DNA of 64,000 nucleotides from an uncultured Candidatus Saccharibacteria bacterium (GTDB lineage Bacteria > Patescibacteriota > Minisyncoccia > Phycocordibacterales > Phycocordibacteraceae). The notes below the pieces were generated by a model, which searched no databases, was not told the DNA's origin, and saw nothing but the letters and a program-made list of their open reading frames with translations. Of this stretch, positions 40,370 to 50,637 are shown piece by piece; positions within the stretch are counted from its first letter, which is position 1, and every line of letters starts with the position of its first letter. A program made the position numbers and the translations under genes. The stretch is taken from contig CAZDPG010000001.1 in NCBI GenBank assembly GCA_964507275.1, forward strand, positions 276,577-340,576, given 5' to 3'.

Positions 40370-43129
40370 TTAGTTCGAGAGGTATCGCTCGCGAATCATA
40401 TTCTCAACTGTAGCACGGTCGCGGCCGTAGGTGAGCGAGGAGAGGTGCACGAGATCGTCTATCTGTGCGGGGTTCGTTTGTGGCAAATTCGGCGTCTTCA
40501 TATCAAAAGGCTTCTGCGGTATGCCTCCCACGAGTATCCGTACATAAGCGTTCCTATTCTCGATATTCACGAAATCGAGCGATTCAAAAACGGGAGCGAA
40601 CTGTTTCGCGAAGAATTCCGCGTCCTCCTCCCCCACGCGGAAGACCGCCATATTCCCGACGTTGCCGAAGACGGCACTGCGCGTTTTCTCTTCGATCTGA
40701 CTCAGGAACTGATGTGCCATAGAGAGGGCGAGTTTGTACTTGCGGGCTTCGGAGAGGATGCCTGGGATGGAGTCGGTAGTGACGTTCTGGAATTCGTCGA
40801 TGTAGAGATAGAACGGCGGGTATGGAGTACGCGGATTATCTGCGCGAGACAGGGCTGCCATGAAGAGCTTCCCGACAATAATGAGGCCAAGCAAGTTCGC
40901 ATTACGTTCACCAAGCCGACCCTTCGACAGATTCACGAGGAGAATCTTCTTCGAGTCCATCACCTCGCGGAAATTGAATGAGGACTTCTGCTGCCCCACG
41001 ATCGGACGTATGAAGTCGTTTGCAGTGAAGTCATCGAACTTGTTCGTAATATACGGGACGATATTCTCAAGAGCGGCATCACCGCCCGCCTTCGTCGCGA
41101 TGTCATTCCAGAATTGATTCACGACTGGGTTCATACTCTTCGCAAGTTTCTGTCGGCGGAACTCGCTATTGGAGAGCACACGAGCGATGTCGAGCATCGT
41201 CGAGCCACTCGCCGGATCCTCCATCACGAGCAGAGTCGCATTACGGAAATACTGTTCGAACGCCGGGCCCATGCTCTCAGGCACGTCACCGTAGAGCCGT
41301 TTGAAGATCATCAGGAGTTCATTCACGATGAACGTCTTCTGCTCAGGGCGCGCCATATCGTATTCGAGGAAGTTGAGTCCGAAGGGACGAGATAGGTCGG
41401 CAGGATCGAAATAGATGACATCCTGATACCGCTCGGGAGGCACCGCAGCAAGGATGTCGAGGATGTCAGAGCCGTGAGGATCAATGTAGCAACACCCGTC
41501 GCCATTCTGGATGTCCTGGATGATCATACTCTTCATGAGTCCAGTCTTACCGGTACCGGTCTGCCCGACGACATAGAGATGACGCAAACGATCCTCGGGA
41601 CTCAAGTGTATCTCGGTCACCGATCCTCGATACTCATTGACCCCAAACAGAGACCCTTCGCTCGGAAGCCCGAGCGGGGCTGGCGCGTGTGTGAAGCGCG
41701 ACTGCTTCAAATGCGGCGAGCTCTCAATGCCAGTCGGCGGGAAGTGATACAAGGTCGTGAGTTCACGAAGTGATAGCGGGAGTGCCTCCGCGCTCGGCAG
41801 GCGGAAGGAGAAATCTTCGAGCACCCGCGGCGCATGGCGAGCGTCCACGCGCACAAACTGCAACCGATTACCCTGCGTGTTCGCGAATTGATTGAACGCC
41901 GCTTCAAGATCACCGAGCACCTGATTCGCAACACCAGTGTCGCCCGAGGAGACGGCAAGACGCAACGTCGTACCGACGATGGGTGTCGCGATCTTCTTCT
42001 CCACTTGCTCAATATGCGCTTTATTCGCTTCAATCTGCCGCGTCTCGGCTTCCTTCGCTTTCTCGACATCCTTCGGTTTATTCCCGAAGAGCGTCTTGCT
42101 GAAGTCTCGCGCGATTTCGCCAATCATCGTCTCTGGCGTGTTGAATGCCGTGCCCTGCTTCTCGCCCTTGCGGAGCGCCTGGAGAATCTTCCGGTAGTGC
42201 TTCACGTGTCGCTCGCCGCGAGGTTCTATGATGATTTGAAGTGCTGCTCCTTCGCCAGTGTGTTCTATCTTCGCGAACGCATTCATGACGGCGTTTATCG
42301 GGTCATAATCGAAATCAGTGTATTCCTTGAGTGGAAGCGCCGGATTCTCTGCGAGGCGCGCGACCGATGCGAGCGCGGTTCCATTCGTCGCAAAAATGTT
42401 GTAGTCGTGCGGCTGAGGCATGAGATGCGCATCGGGGAATATCGCCAAGAGCTGCTTCTCGAAAAGATTACGCTTCCCGTTCGGCACCGCGGCATAGAAT
42501 TGGAGCTCAGGACTATCAGCGGGCACCGCAAGCTCGAGCGCGAAATAATTCGGTTCACCGTGCGTTGCGTCAGCGACCGAGAGGAGCCCGGCATAAAATT
42601 GCTCCATACCGGAGATGAGCTCCTTGAGCGTTTTCGCACGCGTGTGCGGTTCACCGCCCTTCGGACCGGGGAGTTCTATCTCATACAGCGTCATATGGAG
42701 CGCCTGAAAGCGCGGTGCTTTTTCGTCGAAACCAAGCGCGGGCAATCCAGCGGCAATATAGCGTACGAGATAGCGATGGAAATCGTCTGCAACATGCGGG
42801 TCGCCGAGCTTCTCAAGCACCGCGAGCGCATTCTTGATTCCCTTCTCTTCCATCGTCTTCTGCAGACTCCTCACGGCCTGCTCGCTTCCACCCATATTGA
42901 GATCAGCAAGTATCGCCTCTGCTTCGCTTATTTTCGTCGCTTCGCTTATGCGATATTCGGGCGCAAGCATTTCCTCTCCGGCTGCATGATGTGCATGCAG
43001 ATGCTCGACGATGACCTGTTCGCGTTCCGGCACACCGACCTCAGCAAGCTCCGCCTCCTTTGCAGCAACTTGCTCGCGCAGATATGCAAGCTCTTCCTCA
43101 GGCGTCGATAGTTTCGGTACTGATTCCAT
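40370..43129 (-). CDS. VirD4/TraG/HerA-like (DUF87) ATPase
   Basis: RHLYVVGQTGTGKT, IDPHG, YLYIDEFQN, LSEARKY, AHQ, VFGNVG. Confidence 0.9.
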   Translation of the reverse strand: MESVPKLSTPEEELAYLREQVAAKEAELAEVGVPEREQVIVEHLHAHHAAGEEMLAPEYRISEATKISEAEAILADLNMGGSEQAVRSLQKTMEEKGIKNALAVLEKLGDPHVADDFHRYLVRYIAAGLPALGFDEKAPRFQALHMTLYEIELPGPKGGEPHTRAKTLKELISGMEQFYAGLLSVADATHGEPNYFALELAVPADSPELQFYAAVPNGKRNLFEKQLLAIFPDAHLMPQPHDYNIFATNGTALASVARLAENPALPLKEYTDFDYDPINAVMNAFAKIEHTGEGAALQIIIEPRGERHVKHYRKILQALRKGEKQGTAFNTPETMIGEIARDFSKTLFGNKPKDVEKAKEAETRQIEANKAHIEQVEKKIATPIVGTTLRLAVSSGDTGVANQVLGDLEAAFNQFANTQGNRLQFVRVDARHAPRVLEDFSFRLPSAEALPLSLRELTTLYHFPPTGIESSPHLKQSRFTHAPAPLGLPSEGSLFGVNEYRGSVTEIHLSPEDRLRHLYVVGQTGTGKTGLMKSMIIQDIQNGDGCCYIDPHGSDILDILAAVPPERYQDVIYFDPADLSRPFGLNFLEYDMARPEQKTFIVNELLMIFKRLYGDVPESMGPAFEQYFRNATLLVMEDPASGSTMLDIARVLSNSEFRRQKLAKSMNPVVNQFWNDIATKAGGDAALENIVPYITNKFDDFTANDFIRPIVGQQKSSFNFREVMDSKKILLVNLSKGRLGERNANLLGLIIVGKLFMAALSRADNPRTPYPPFYLYIDEFQNVTTDSIPGILSEARKYKLALSMAHQFLSQIEEKTRSAVFGNVGNMAVFRVGEEDAEFFAKQFAPVFESLDFVNIENRNAYVRILVGGIPQKPFDMKTPNLPQTNPAQIDDLVHLSSLTYGRDRATVENMIRERYLSN

Positions 43130-43271
43130 TTGTTTCTAGTATAAGGCATCCGTGCTCATATATTGAGCATTCGGTTGTGCATCTCCTCGAAATTAGGTAG
43201 AGTCTGACCGGTCTGAACATTCGTTTGAACCTTGTCATTTTCCACTCACAATAAAGAAAGCGAGGTGCGCT

Positions 43272-44285
43272 GTGCAAAACTACTTCATCGGCGGTGTCGG
43301 GATGAGCCTACCCATTATGGTCGGGGCTGGTGCCTGCAAGACCCCTATGAGCACCCTTCCGTATATGCGGCACGATGTTTCGGTGGGAGCTGTTTCCACC
43401 GGTTCATACACGCCCCAAATACGGACCGGCAACGAAGGGGTGCTGTCCTGGCCGGAAGATGCTTCTGAGTTCATGCAGGAGGTCGTTGGCCTCAATTCGT
43501 TCGGCATGCCGAACATGGGAAACGAGCGAGCGGCGGCAGAACTCAAGCGCTTCAGCCTCGCACACCCGCTCATCGCAAGTGTCGCCGGATTCTCTGTTGA
43601 CGACTACGTTGCAGGGGTACGAGCATTCGATAGCGTTCCGTGCGTTTCCGCCATTAAGGCAAATCTCGGATGCCCGAACGTACACGGCAAGCCGGTACCT
43701 ATCGCCTATGACCCCGACTCGCTCCTGGAAATCCTCGAGGCAATGTTCCAACTGCAACCCACGAAACCAATCTGGCTCAAGCTGTCGCCATACATTACCG
43801 CGAAGGAGCGCGACAATCTTCAATCGACCTATCCGCTCATCGATTTCTCCAACGTACCAGTGGTTGATCCGGGTTTTCTCGGCGACATCCTGAGCATCGT
43901 ATGGGAATATCAGCACTTTGTCCGGGCGGTCGTCTTCAGCAACACGCTGCCAAACGTCACCATCCTTGGTGAATCTGGGAATCCAGTCACGACGCCGAAC
44001 GGCGGCAAGGCTGGCCTTTCCGGAAAGATACTCAGGCCGATCTCTATCAACTTGATACGGCAAGCGGCAACCATGCTTCCGGGCCATGTTGATCTAATCG
44101 GCTCTGGCGGCGTCACGCATGGAGATCATGCAGTCGAGTATTTCGCCGCCGGTGCACAAGCGGTGTTCTGCACGTCCGGTCCTTTCTGGGCTGGGAACAA
44201 CCCGCGATTCTTCGCGGACATGCTGTCCGGAAGCGAACGTCTTCAGGAATACCTTTCGCAACATTCCCAACACAAGGAGGACTGA
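43272..44285 (+). CDS. pyrD: Dihydroorotate dehydrogenase (class 1-like, divergent)
   Basis: RTGN, LNSFGMPN, NLGCPN, KLSPY, SNT, GLSG, IGSGGV. Confidence 0.85.
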   Translation: MQNYFIGGVGMSLPIMVGAGACKTPMSTLPYMRHDVSVGAVSTGSYTPQIRTGNEGVLSWPEDASEFMQEVVGLNSFGMPNMGNERAAAELKRFSLAHPLIASVAGFSVDDYVAGVRAFDSVPCVSAIKANLGCPNVHGKPVPIAYDPDSLLEILEAMFQLQPTKPIWLKLSPYITAKERDNLQSTYPLIDFSNVPVVDPGFLGDILSIVWEYQHFVRAVVFSNTLPNVTILGESGNPVTTPNGGKAGLSGKILRPISINLIRQAATMLPGHVDLIGSGGVTHGDHAVEYFAAGAQAVFCTSGPFWAGNNPRFFADMLSGSERLQEYLSQHSQHKED

Positions 44286-44288
44286 ACC

Positions 44289-45392
44289 ATGACGATGAAA
44301 GCATATCCGCCCTGCGTACTCGACATGGAGTACGCAGGGTCGACACTTACCATCACCCGGCCGGACGATTGGCATCTGCATCTGCGCCACGGCCGATACA
44401 TGGCCGATATCGTCGGCGACTCGGCACGGCGCTTCGGTCGGGCACTTATCATGCCTAACCTGAAGCCGCCGATTACGACCACCCTCCAAGCGTGGGCGTA
44501 CTACGAAGAAATCCGCGCGGAGGTGAAAAAACTCGATCTGGGTCACTTCGAACCCTTGATGACGCTCTATCTCACGGACAACACACCGCCCGACGAGATC
44601 AATCGCGCTAACGGAAGCACCTTCATGAAGGCGGTCAAGTACTATCCCGCCGGTGCGACCACCAACTCTGATTCCGGCGTGACCGACATCAGGCTGGTGT
44701 ACCCCGTACTGGAGCGGATGCAGAAGCTCGGCATGGTGCTGTGCGTTCATGGCGAAGTCACCGACCCCGACGTCGACATCTTCGACCGCGAAGCCGTCTT
44801 CATCGACCGTGTGCTCGAGCCGCTCCGCAAAGACTTCCCCGCTCTCAAGATCGTGCTCGAGCACGTCACCACGAGGCAGGGTGTGGAGTTCATCATCCAC
44901 GAAGAAAGGAATCGCCATCCGACCGCCGCAACCATCACAGCGCACCACCTGCTCCTGAACCGGAACGCAATCTTCAAGGGCGGCATCAATCCGCACCATT
45001 ACTGCTTGCCAGTATTGAAACGCGAAGAGCATCGCCAAGCGCTTCTGTGGGCAGCGACGAGCGGCAGCCCGTTCTTTTTCCTCGGCACTGACTCGGCACC
45101 GCATTTGCGCGGCACCAAGGAATCCGCGTGCGGCTGCGCCGGATGCTTCACGGCCCATGCAGGCATCGAGCTCTATGCCGAGGTATTCGAATCGGCTGGC
45201 AAGCTCGATATGCTCGAGAGTTTCGCGAGCGAGTTCGGCGCAGACTTCTATGGACTTCTGCCGAACACGGACACGATCACACTCGTGAAAGAGTCGTGGG
45301 AAGTCCCTGGACAGCTGCCGTTCGGCGACCACGTCGATGGCGTCGTCCCTCTCCGGGCCAGTGAGATGATGAAGTGGAAGATACAGGAGTAG
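44289..45392 (+). CDS. pyrC: Dihydroorotase, homodimeric (E. coli-type)
   Basis: [47 protein letters not shown]. Confidence 0.97.
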   Translation: MTMKAYPPCVLDMEYAGSTLTITRPDDWHLHLRHGRYMADIVGDSARRFGRALIMPNLKPPITTTLQAWAYYEEIRAEVKKLDLGHFEPLMTLYLTDNTPPDEINRANGSTFMKAVKYYPAGATTNSDSGVTDIRLVYPVLERMQKLGMVLCVHGEVTDPDVDIFDREAVFIDRVLEPLRKDFPALKIVLEHVTTRQGVEFIIHEERNRHPTAATITAHHLLLNRNAIFKGGINPHHYCLPVLKREEHRQALLWAATSGSPFFFLGTDSAPHLRGTKESACGCAGCFTAHAGIELYAEVFESAGKLDMLESFASEFGADFYGLLPNTDTITLVKESWEVPGQLPFGDHVDGVVPLRASEMMKWKIQE

Positions 45393-45406
45393 TTCGCAAG
45401 AGCTTC

Positions 45407-45443
45407 GCGGGCGTCGGTACTACACCGGCGCCCGTATTTTTTT
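45407..45443 (+). terminator. Intrinsic terminator after pyrC
   Basis: gcgggcgtcgg...ccggcgcccgt followed by a T run. Confidence 0.7.
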
Positions 45444-45460
45444 GCTAGAATACGTCGTAC

Positions 45461-46078
45461 ATGACTGACTTCCTACTCGCCGCCATCCATCTCGACCCGG
45501 TCGCTATGCTCACGGCCGGAGGCTACCTCGGACTCGCACTCGCGGTCTTCGCAGAGACAGGCCTCCTGATTGGCATTTTTCTTCCCGGCGATTCGCTCCT
45601 TTTCGCTGCCGGCATGCTCTCATCCGGCGGATTCCTCGCGATACAGCCTCTCATTCTGATTGTCGTCGTGGCAGCGATACTCGGCGATTCGGTCGGGTAC
45701 TGGCTCGGCATGAAAGCGGGAGATTCGCTTGCGCTGCGACCAGACTCGCGTTTCTTCAAGCGTGAGTACCTCGCGCGTACGGAGCAGTTCTTCGCGACAT
45801 ACGGCGGACGAGCGGTCGTACTCGCTCGCTTCGTACCCATCGTGCGCACGATTGCACCACTGTTCGCTGGAGCAGGATCCATGCGCTATCGGACCTTCCT
45901 CGCGTATAACGTGATCGGTGGAATCCTCTGGGGTGCCGGGATGCTCCTGCTCGGCTACTCGCTCGGCTCGATAGTGCCTGAGAGCGAGAAATACCTGCTC
46001 CCGATTTCGCTTGCCATCATCGCAATCTCGTTCTTTCCTATCCTCATCAATCTCGCCCGAGGAAAGCGCGTCGTCTAG
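45461..46078 (+). CDS. DedA family membrane protein
   Basis: FAETGLLIGIFLPGDSLLF, ARFVPIVRT. Confidence 0.95.
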   Translation: MTDFLLAAIHLDPVAMLTAGGYLGLALAVFAETGLLIGIFLPGDSLLFAAGMLSSGGFLAIQPLILIVVVAAILGDSVGYWLGMKAGDSLALRPDSRFFKREYLARTEQFFATYGGRAVVLARFVPIVRTIAPLFAGAGSMRYRTFLAYNVIGGILWGAGMLLLGYSLGSIVPESEKYLLPISLAIIAISFFPILINLARGKRVV

Positions 46079-46284
46079 AGACCAAGTCCGCCGAGCGTTG
46101 CCGTATATGAGCTGATGAATTGCGGAATAGCGAATGCGAGGCCGATGAGAGGCAGCACGATGAGAGTTATCGTGACGACACCGGTCCAGAAAAGATATTT
46201 GCGTGTCGATTCAGCGGATTGATACGCGTTATCGGCAATGGCGCGTATCTCATCAAGTTTCGCAGCAAGCTCGGGATCAATCAT
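46075..46284 (-). CDS. Small membrane protein
   Basis: MIDPELAAKLDEI...SAESTRKYLFWT plus one TM. Confidence 0.7.
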   Translation of the reverse strand: MIDPELAAKLDEIRAIADNAYQSAESTRKYLFWTGVVTITLIVLPLIGLAFAIPQFISSYTATLGGLGL

Positions 46285-46285
46285 A

Positions 46286-46621
46286 TTAATCGCGCCCCCA
46301 GGAATTGAAGACCCAGTTGATAACAGAGAGCACGACAGCAAAGAGGAACGCCTCCCAGAATCCGATGATCAGGAATCCAGGTACGAGATATGACGTGAGC
46401 ATCACAAGGAGCGCATTGATAACGAGAGAGAACAGTCCGAGCGTGAGGATATTCAACGGGAGCGTAAGAAGGAGGATAACCGGTCTGATGAAGAGATTGA
46501 GCGCACCCAAGACCACTGCGGCGACAAAGGCGACCATTGGCGTCACGACGACGCCCGGGACAATAAAGCTCGCAATAAGAATCGCGAGTGCTCCGATAAT
46601 CCAATGTAAGAATATTTTCAT
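46286..46621 (-). CDS. Phage-holin-family (YvlD/DUF360) membrane protein
   Basis: LNLFIRPVILLLTLPLNILTLGLFSLVINA. Confidence 0.9.
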   Translation of the reverse strand: MKIFLHWIIGALAILIASFIVPGVVVTPMVAFVAAVVLGALNLFIRPVILLLTLPLNILTLGLFSLVINALLVMLTSYLVPGFLIIGFWEAFLFAVVLSVINWVFNSWGRD

Positions 46622-46628
46622 AGAATAA

Positions 46629-47342
46629 TTATACCAGCTGCACAATCACATAGATCGTGGCTGCACCGAAGAGCGTCATAATCGTCGTGAGGGCGCGCGG
46701 GTGCCGGTGATGACTCTCAGGAATAAGATCGCTCGCCGAGAGATAGAGGAAGGTGCCGGTGAAGACGGCGAGTACGAGACCGAGAGCAGACTCGGGGATA
46801 CTGAAGAACAGCGTCGAGAACACACCGAGAACCGGTGCTACTGCATCTACCAAAAGCCACTTGAAAGCGCGCTGCCAGCTCCCGCCGTTACGCAGTATGA
46901 GATTCACCGTGTTGATGCCGTCAGAGAAATCATGCGCAAGCACGGCTGCCGTGATGATGATGCCGACCGGTACCGATACCTGGAATCCGATACCGATTGC
47001 CATACCATCGAGGAAGCTGTGCGTCGAGAGCGTGAGTGCACCCAGGAATCCGCGCGGTGCATTCTCCTTCTCGTCTTCTTCGTGCGTATGGAGGAGGATG
47101 AGTCGATCGAGGATGAGGTAGCCGAAGAAACCGAGCGCGGCAAAGAGAGCGATGGTTGAAGCGGCATGGTACCGCGTACCGAGCTCAATCGCTTCCGGAA
47201 GGAGGTCGAAGATGGCGACACCGGCCACAGCACCCGCCGAGAAGCCGAGAACGAGATGCAGACGGTCACGGAACTTGAGTGCAAAGAGGCCGCCGATGAG
47301 GGTAGCCGCTCCCGCAGCGAGGGCAATAACCAAGATGTTCAT
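46629..47342 (-). CDS. ZIP family metal transporter
   Basis: GFSAG, HSFLDG, AHDFSDG, SDLIPESH. Confidence 0.9.
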   Translation of the reverse strand: MNILVIALAAGAATLIGGLFALKFRDRLHLVLGFSAGAVAGVAIFDLLPEAIELGTRYHAASTIALFAALGFFGYLILDRLILLHTHEEDEKENAPRGFLGALTLSTHSFLDGMAIGIGFQVSVPVGIIITAAVLAHDFSDGINTVNLILRNGGSWQRAFKWLLVDAVAPVLGVFSTLFFSIPESALGLVLAVFTGTFLYLSASDLIPESHHRHPRALTTIMTLFGAATIYVIVQLV

Positions 47343-47355
47343 CCCGCCATGATAC

Positions 47356-47392
47356 ACCAATGCGCGGCTGGTAAAACCAGCCGCGCATTGGT
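47356..47392. repeat. Perfect 17-bp inverted repeat
   Basis: accaatgcgcggctggt-aaa-accagccgcgcattggt between the DsbA and ZIP genes. Confidence 0.8.
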
Positions 47393-47411
47393 ACCAGAAC
47401 AATGGCGCGAC

Positions 47412-48101
47412 TTACTTCAGAGCTGCTTCAATCGAGGCCTGGAACTTCGCATACGGGTATGCGCCCTGGATGAGCTCCTTCCCGATGATAAGCGACGGGG
47501 TCGCATTGACACCGACCTTCTGTGCCTCAGCACGATCGGCATCAACAGCTGCCTTGTACGCATCTGTATTCGCCTTCACGTCCGCGGCAACCTTCGCCGC
47601 ATCGAGACCAGCGACAGTGGCGTTGAGCGCATCAATCGATGCAGCATCGCCGAACCCAATGTCGCCCTCGTCATCCTGCGCCGTCATCATTGCTTCGTGC
47701 CATGTAGCATAGGCCTCCGGATAGAGCTTCCATACCGAGCGACTATAGAGTGCGCCGGTAATGGAGTCCTCGCCGAGGAACGGGAAATCCATGAAGACGA
47801 CTTTCACTTTCCCGGTCTTAACATAATTCTCGACGATTTGTGGGAAGGTCTCGGTCTCGAAACGCTTGCAGAACGGGCACTGATAATCGCTCCAGAAAGC
47901 GATTGTGACAGGAGCATCGGCTGAACCGATAAACGGATCGCCCTCGGTCTTCACGTCCTTCACATCGACTGCTGCGAACGCGCCAGTACCTCCCGTGCCA
48001 GCAGGACGTGAGCCATTCCAGAGGACCGCGCCGGCGATAAGCAGTCCTGCGAGCAAGACCGCTGCTGGTAAAAAGTATTTGTTTTCGTTGTTGGTTTCCA
48101 T
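47412..48101 (-). CDS. DsbA family thiol-disulfide oxidoreductase
   Basis: SDYQCPFC, GVNATP, GAYPY; N-terminal TM. Confidence 0.93.
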   Translation of the reverse strand: METNNENKYFLPAAVLLAGLLIAGAVLWNGSRPAGTGGTGAFAAVDVKDVKTEGDPFIGSADAPVTIAFWSDYQCPFCKRFETETFPQIVENYVKTGKVKVVFMDFPFLGEDSITGALYSRSVWKLYPEAYATWHEAMMTAQDDEGDIGFGDAASIDALNATVAGLDAAKVAADVKANTDAYKAAVDADRAEAQKVGVNATPSLIIGKELIQGAYPYAKFQASIEAALK

Positions 48102-48151
48102 ATGTGAGTGATGATACCATACGGGCAGAATGCACACCTGAGGAGAACCCT

Positions 48152-48625
48152 ATGAAAATCGCATCACTCGGCATCGTGCTTCAAGGCGACAAAATACTGC
48201 TCGGCGAAAAGAAGCGCGGGGAGATAGGGGCCGGAAAACTTTCTGGTCCTGGTGGAAAACTCGACCCTGGTGAGACCTGCGCAGAATGCATGTTGCGCGA
48301 AACGCGCGAGGAACTCGAGATTGAACTCGATCCCGCTTCACTTGAGCTCGTCGCACTCATCGACTTCTACGCCATCGGCGAAATCGATTTCCGCGTATAC
48401 ATCTATCGCGCGAAAATCCTGTCGGGCGAGATTCACGAGACTGACGACATGATCCCGGGATGGTATCCGCTCGATGACGCCACGTTTGACCGGACGTACG
48501 AGGCGGACCGCCATTGGCTCCCCAGAGCGGCACGAGGAGAGAAATTCTGCGCAAACGTCTACTACCTAGACCGTGCAAAGAAATTTGAACGCATTGAATT
48601 TTTCCCATTCGTCGAACCCGACTGA
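48152..48625 (+). CDS. NUDIX hydrolase (8-oxo-dGTPase/MTH1-like)
   Basis: KKRGEIGAGK.SGPGGKLDPGET...RETREE; SD AGGAG. Confidence 0.9.
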   Translation: MKIASLGIVLQGDKILLGEKKRGEIGAGKLSGPGGKLDPGETCAECMLRETREELEIELDPASLELVALIDFYAIGEIDFRVYIYRAKILSGEIHETDDMIPGWYPLDDATFDRTYEADRHWLPRAARGEKFCANVYYLDRAKKFERIEFFPFVEPD

Positions 48626-48652
48626 CCCAGCCGCGCTCATGCGCGGCTGCTT

Positions 48653-49711
48653 TTATTGATACTGGACGTACACTGGTGACGGAGTGAGCTTCAATACCTC
48701 AGCAGGAGTGAGGAGGCCATTGGCTGGCGGTCGCACATCGTTCTTATAGAAGAGCTTAATACCCGTGAACTGCACTGGCTCCGGTATGATGACTCGGCTA
48801 TACGTACCGCGTTTCTTCTCTTTCGAGCCGAAGCCATCCATGTCTATGACAATCTGCACCTCCGGCAATGGCTCTATGTTTTTATAGTTGGTGATCATGT
48901 CCTGCGTGAAGCGGTGCACGATAAGCACCTTCGGCGGCAGGTGATTGTCCCGCACGATGCCTGCCAGATACTGCGCGGCATAGTTCACGTCAATAGCATC
49001 AAAGGTACCGATGACCGTACCGGGACGCTCATTATGCTTCATGGAGAACTCTGGATCGATAGCAAGATGCACCTGCGGCATCTTCAAGTACTTCTCAAGC
49101 TGAGGAAGTTCATACTGAAGTGTGCTCTGCGCTACTTGCACGTCGAGGAATACGATACCTCGCACTTGGCGAGCGAGATCAAGTGCATGGTCGATCTGAT
49201 CATCCGGCATTCGGAGGATGTACTTCCCTTCTTTCCCTGCCGTTGCCTGCGCGACGGTCGCTATGTAGTGAATTGCCGGCACGGCTGGTGTCGAGGGGTC
49301 AGCGGCCGTCCACATGGCCGTCGTACTCGCAAGCATCGAAAGCATCTGCTCAGCCGGGTATTCACCGAGCACGCCCATCTGTTTCGAATAGAAATTCCCA
49401 TAATACGCGACGATGCGTTTGAACGGCAGGATGGCTCCGGCATTGGGATACACCGCATCCACCGGCCACAAGCGAGGGGTCGATGTAGCTGTCGTCGTGG
49501 CAGTAGCGAGCGTCGATGTGCTCACGTGTGCGAGTGCGAGAAGCCGAGCATCATAATCCGCCTTGTCGAGTTCAGGAAGCGGGATGAAACGTTCTGGGGC
49601 GCCTGCATCAGGCGAGGTGTATTCGCTTATGACGAGATTCGAGTAGCCGAAGGTATACACGAGCGCGAGCATAGCGACACCTGTGATCGCCGTATGCCTC
49701 TTAGTAATCAT
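48653..49711 (-). CDS. Conserved exported hypothetical protein
   Basis: N-terminal TM; VAYYGN, HLAIDPEF, VHRFT, DMDGFG, GIKLFY motifs. Confidence 0.85.
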   Translation of the reverse strand: MITKRHTAITGVAMLALVYTFGYSNLVISEYTSPDAGAPERFIPLPELDKADYDARLLALAHVSTSTLATATTTATSTPRLWPVDAVYPNAGAILPFKRIVAYYGNFYSKQMGVLGEYPAEQMLSMLASTTAMWTAADPSTPAVPAIHYIATVAQATAGKEGKYILRMPDDQIDHALDLARQVRGIVFLDVQVAQSTLQYELPQLEKYLKMPQVHLAIDPEFSMKHNERPGTVIGTFDAIDVNYAAQYLAGIVRDNHLPPKVLIVHRFTQDMITNYKNIEPLPEVQIVIDMDGFGSKEKKRGTYSRVIIPEPVQFTGIKLFYKNDVRPPANGLLTPAEVLKLTPSPVYVQYQ

Positions 49712-49801
49712 GATGAGAGCATTCTAACTGAGTCGGACAGAAAGCGCCAAAGACAAAACGCCAGCATGAAGCTGGCGTTTACGTGAATCTACGCACGGGT
49801 C

Positions 49802-50290
49802 TCAACCGTGGACAAGACCTCCGGCGTAGGACAGGAGGCTGGTGACTTGATAGACCGCACTCCCTTTCGAGGGAACCTTATGGACTTTCTCGGAACCACA
49901 GAACGCTTCGAACCGCCCGGGGAACGGTCTGTTCCCATACGCCCGCAAACCGCGTTCGTAGTGGATCTGCCCCCGCCCGCCGATGAATTCCCTTCTCGCG
50001 TACGAGTGCAGAAGGACATGCCGGAGGAAAGGCAAATCCCGTTTCCTGCAGCGACCTTCGCAGTGCATGGACCAAATCTGCGTCCCTCTGAAGGAAATGC
50101 TCATCCTGGCATGCACGAGGACGGTCGACTTGAAGTCGTTGACAATCTTGAGCATCCCATAAAAGCGAAGACCGCCTTCTTGGTGGAAAAACGTCTGCCC
50201 AGACCATCCCGCCTCGGACGACAGCGCTCGGCGCATCGCCCTGAAGAAAAACAATTTTGTTTGTTCGACTGCTTCTTTCGGTATTTCCAT
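49802..50290 (-). CDS. Hypothetical protein (DUF5680-like)
   Basis: IWSMHCEG...FLRHVL...GGRG...F.GSE...YAGG; SD GGAG. Confidence 0.6.
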   Translation of the reverse strand: MEIPKEAVEQTKLFFFRAMRRALSSEAGWSGQTFFHQEGGLRFYGMLKIVNDFKSTVLVHARMSISFRGTQIWSMHCEGRCRKRDLPFLRHVLLHSYARREFIGGRGQIHYERGLRAYGNRPFPGRFEAFCGSEKVHKVPSKGSAVYQVTSLLSYAGGLVHG

Positions 50291-50379
50291 CTTGTTCTCC
50301 CGTTTTTGATGCATTGCACGATACCCATCGTGCAATGAGACTTCATCCAGAAATACTTTAATATGAATATGGCCTTGCG

Positions 50380-50634
50380 TCAACCCGCCACGACTTCCAT
50401 CGCTTCTTCGAGTCCTCCTATATTCACGGCATTCGTGAAGCCCGCTGATTGCAGGAGTGCACACGCATAGGCGGCTCGTGCGCCTGAGCGGCAATAGAGT
50501 TGGAGCTCTGCATCCCGCTCCACGAGCGCGAGCTCGCCGAAGTGTCCCTCGTCGAGGTCGCTGACCGGGATGTTCACAGCACCCTTGATGTGCCCCATCG
50601 AATATTCTTCAGGAGTTCGTACGTCGATAAGCAT
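50380..50634 (-). CDS. Rhodanese-like domain protein
   Basis: IDVRTPEEY..GHIKGAVNIP, YCRSGAR. Confidence 0.92.
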   Translation of the reverse strand: MLIDVRTPEEYSMGHIKGAVNIPVSDLDEGHFGELALVERDAELQLYCRSGARAAYACALLQSAGFTNAVNIGGLEEAMEVVAG

Positions 50635-50637
50635 CGT

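Noticed and set aside
32700-45332. Long antisense ORFs (32700-33911, 37946-39214, 39240-40334, 41834-43111, 44094-45332)
   Set aside because: They are shadows of well-supported genes in moderately GC-rich DNA and contain no recognisable motifs
46286-46621. Holin-family gene as evidence of a prophage
   Set aside because: This family is commonly chromosomal, and no phage structural, lysin or integrase genes are nearby
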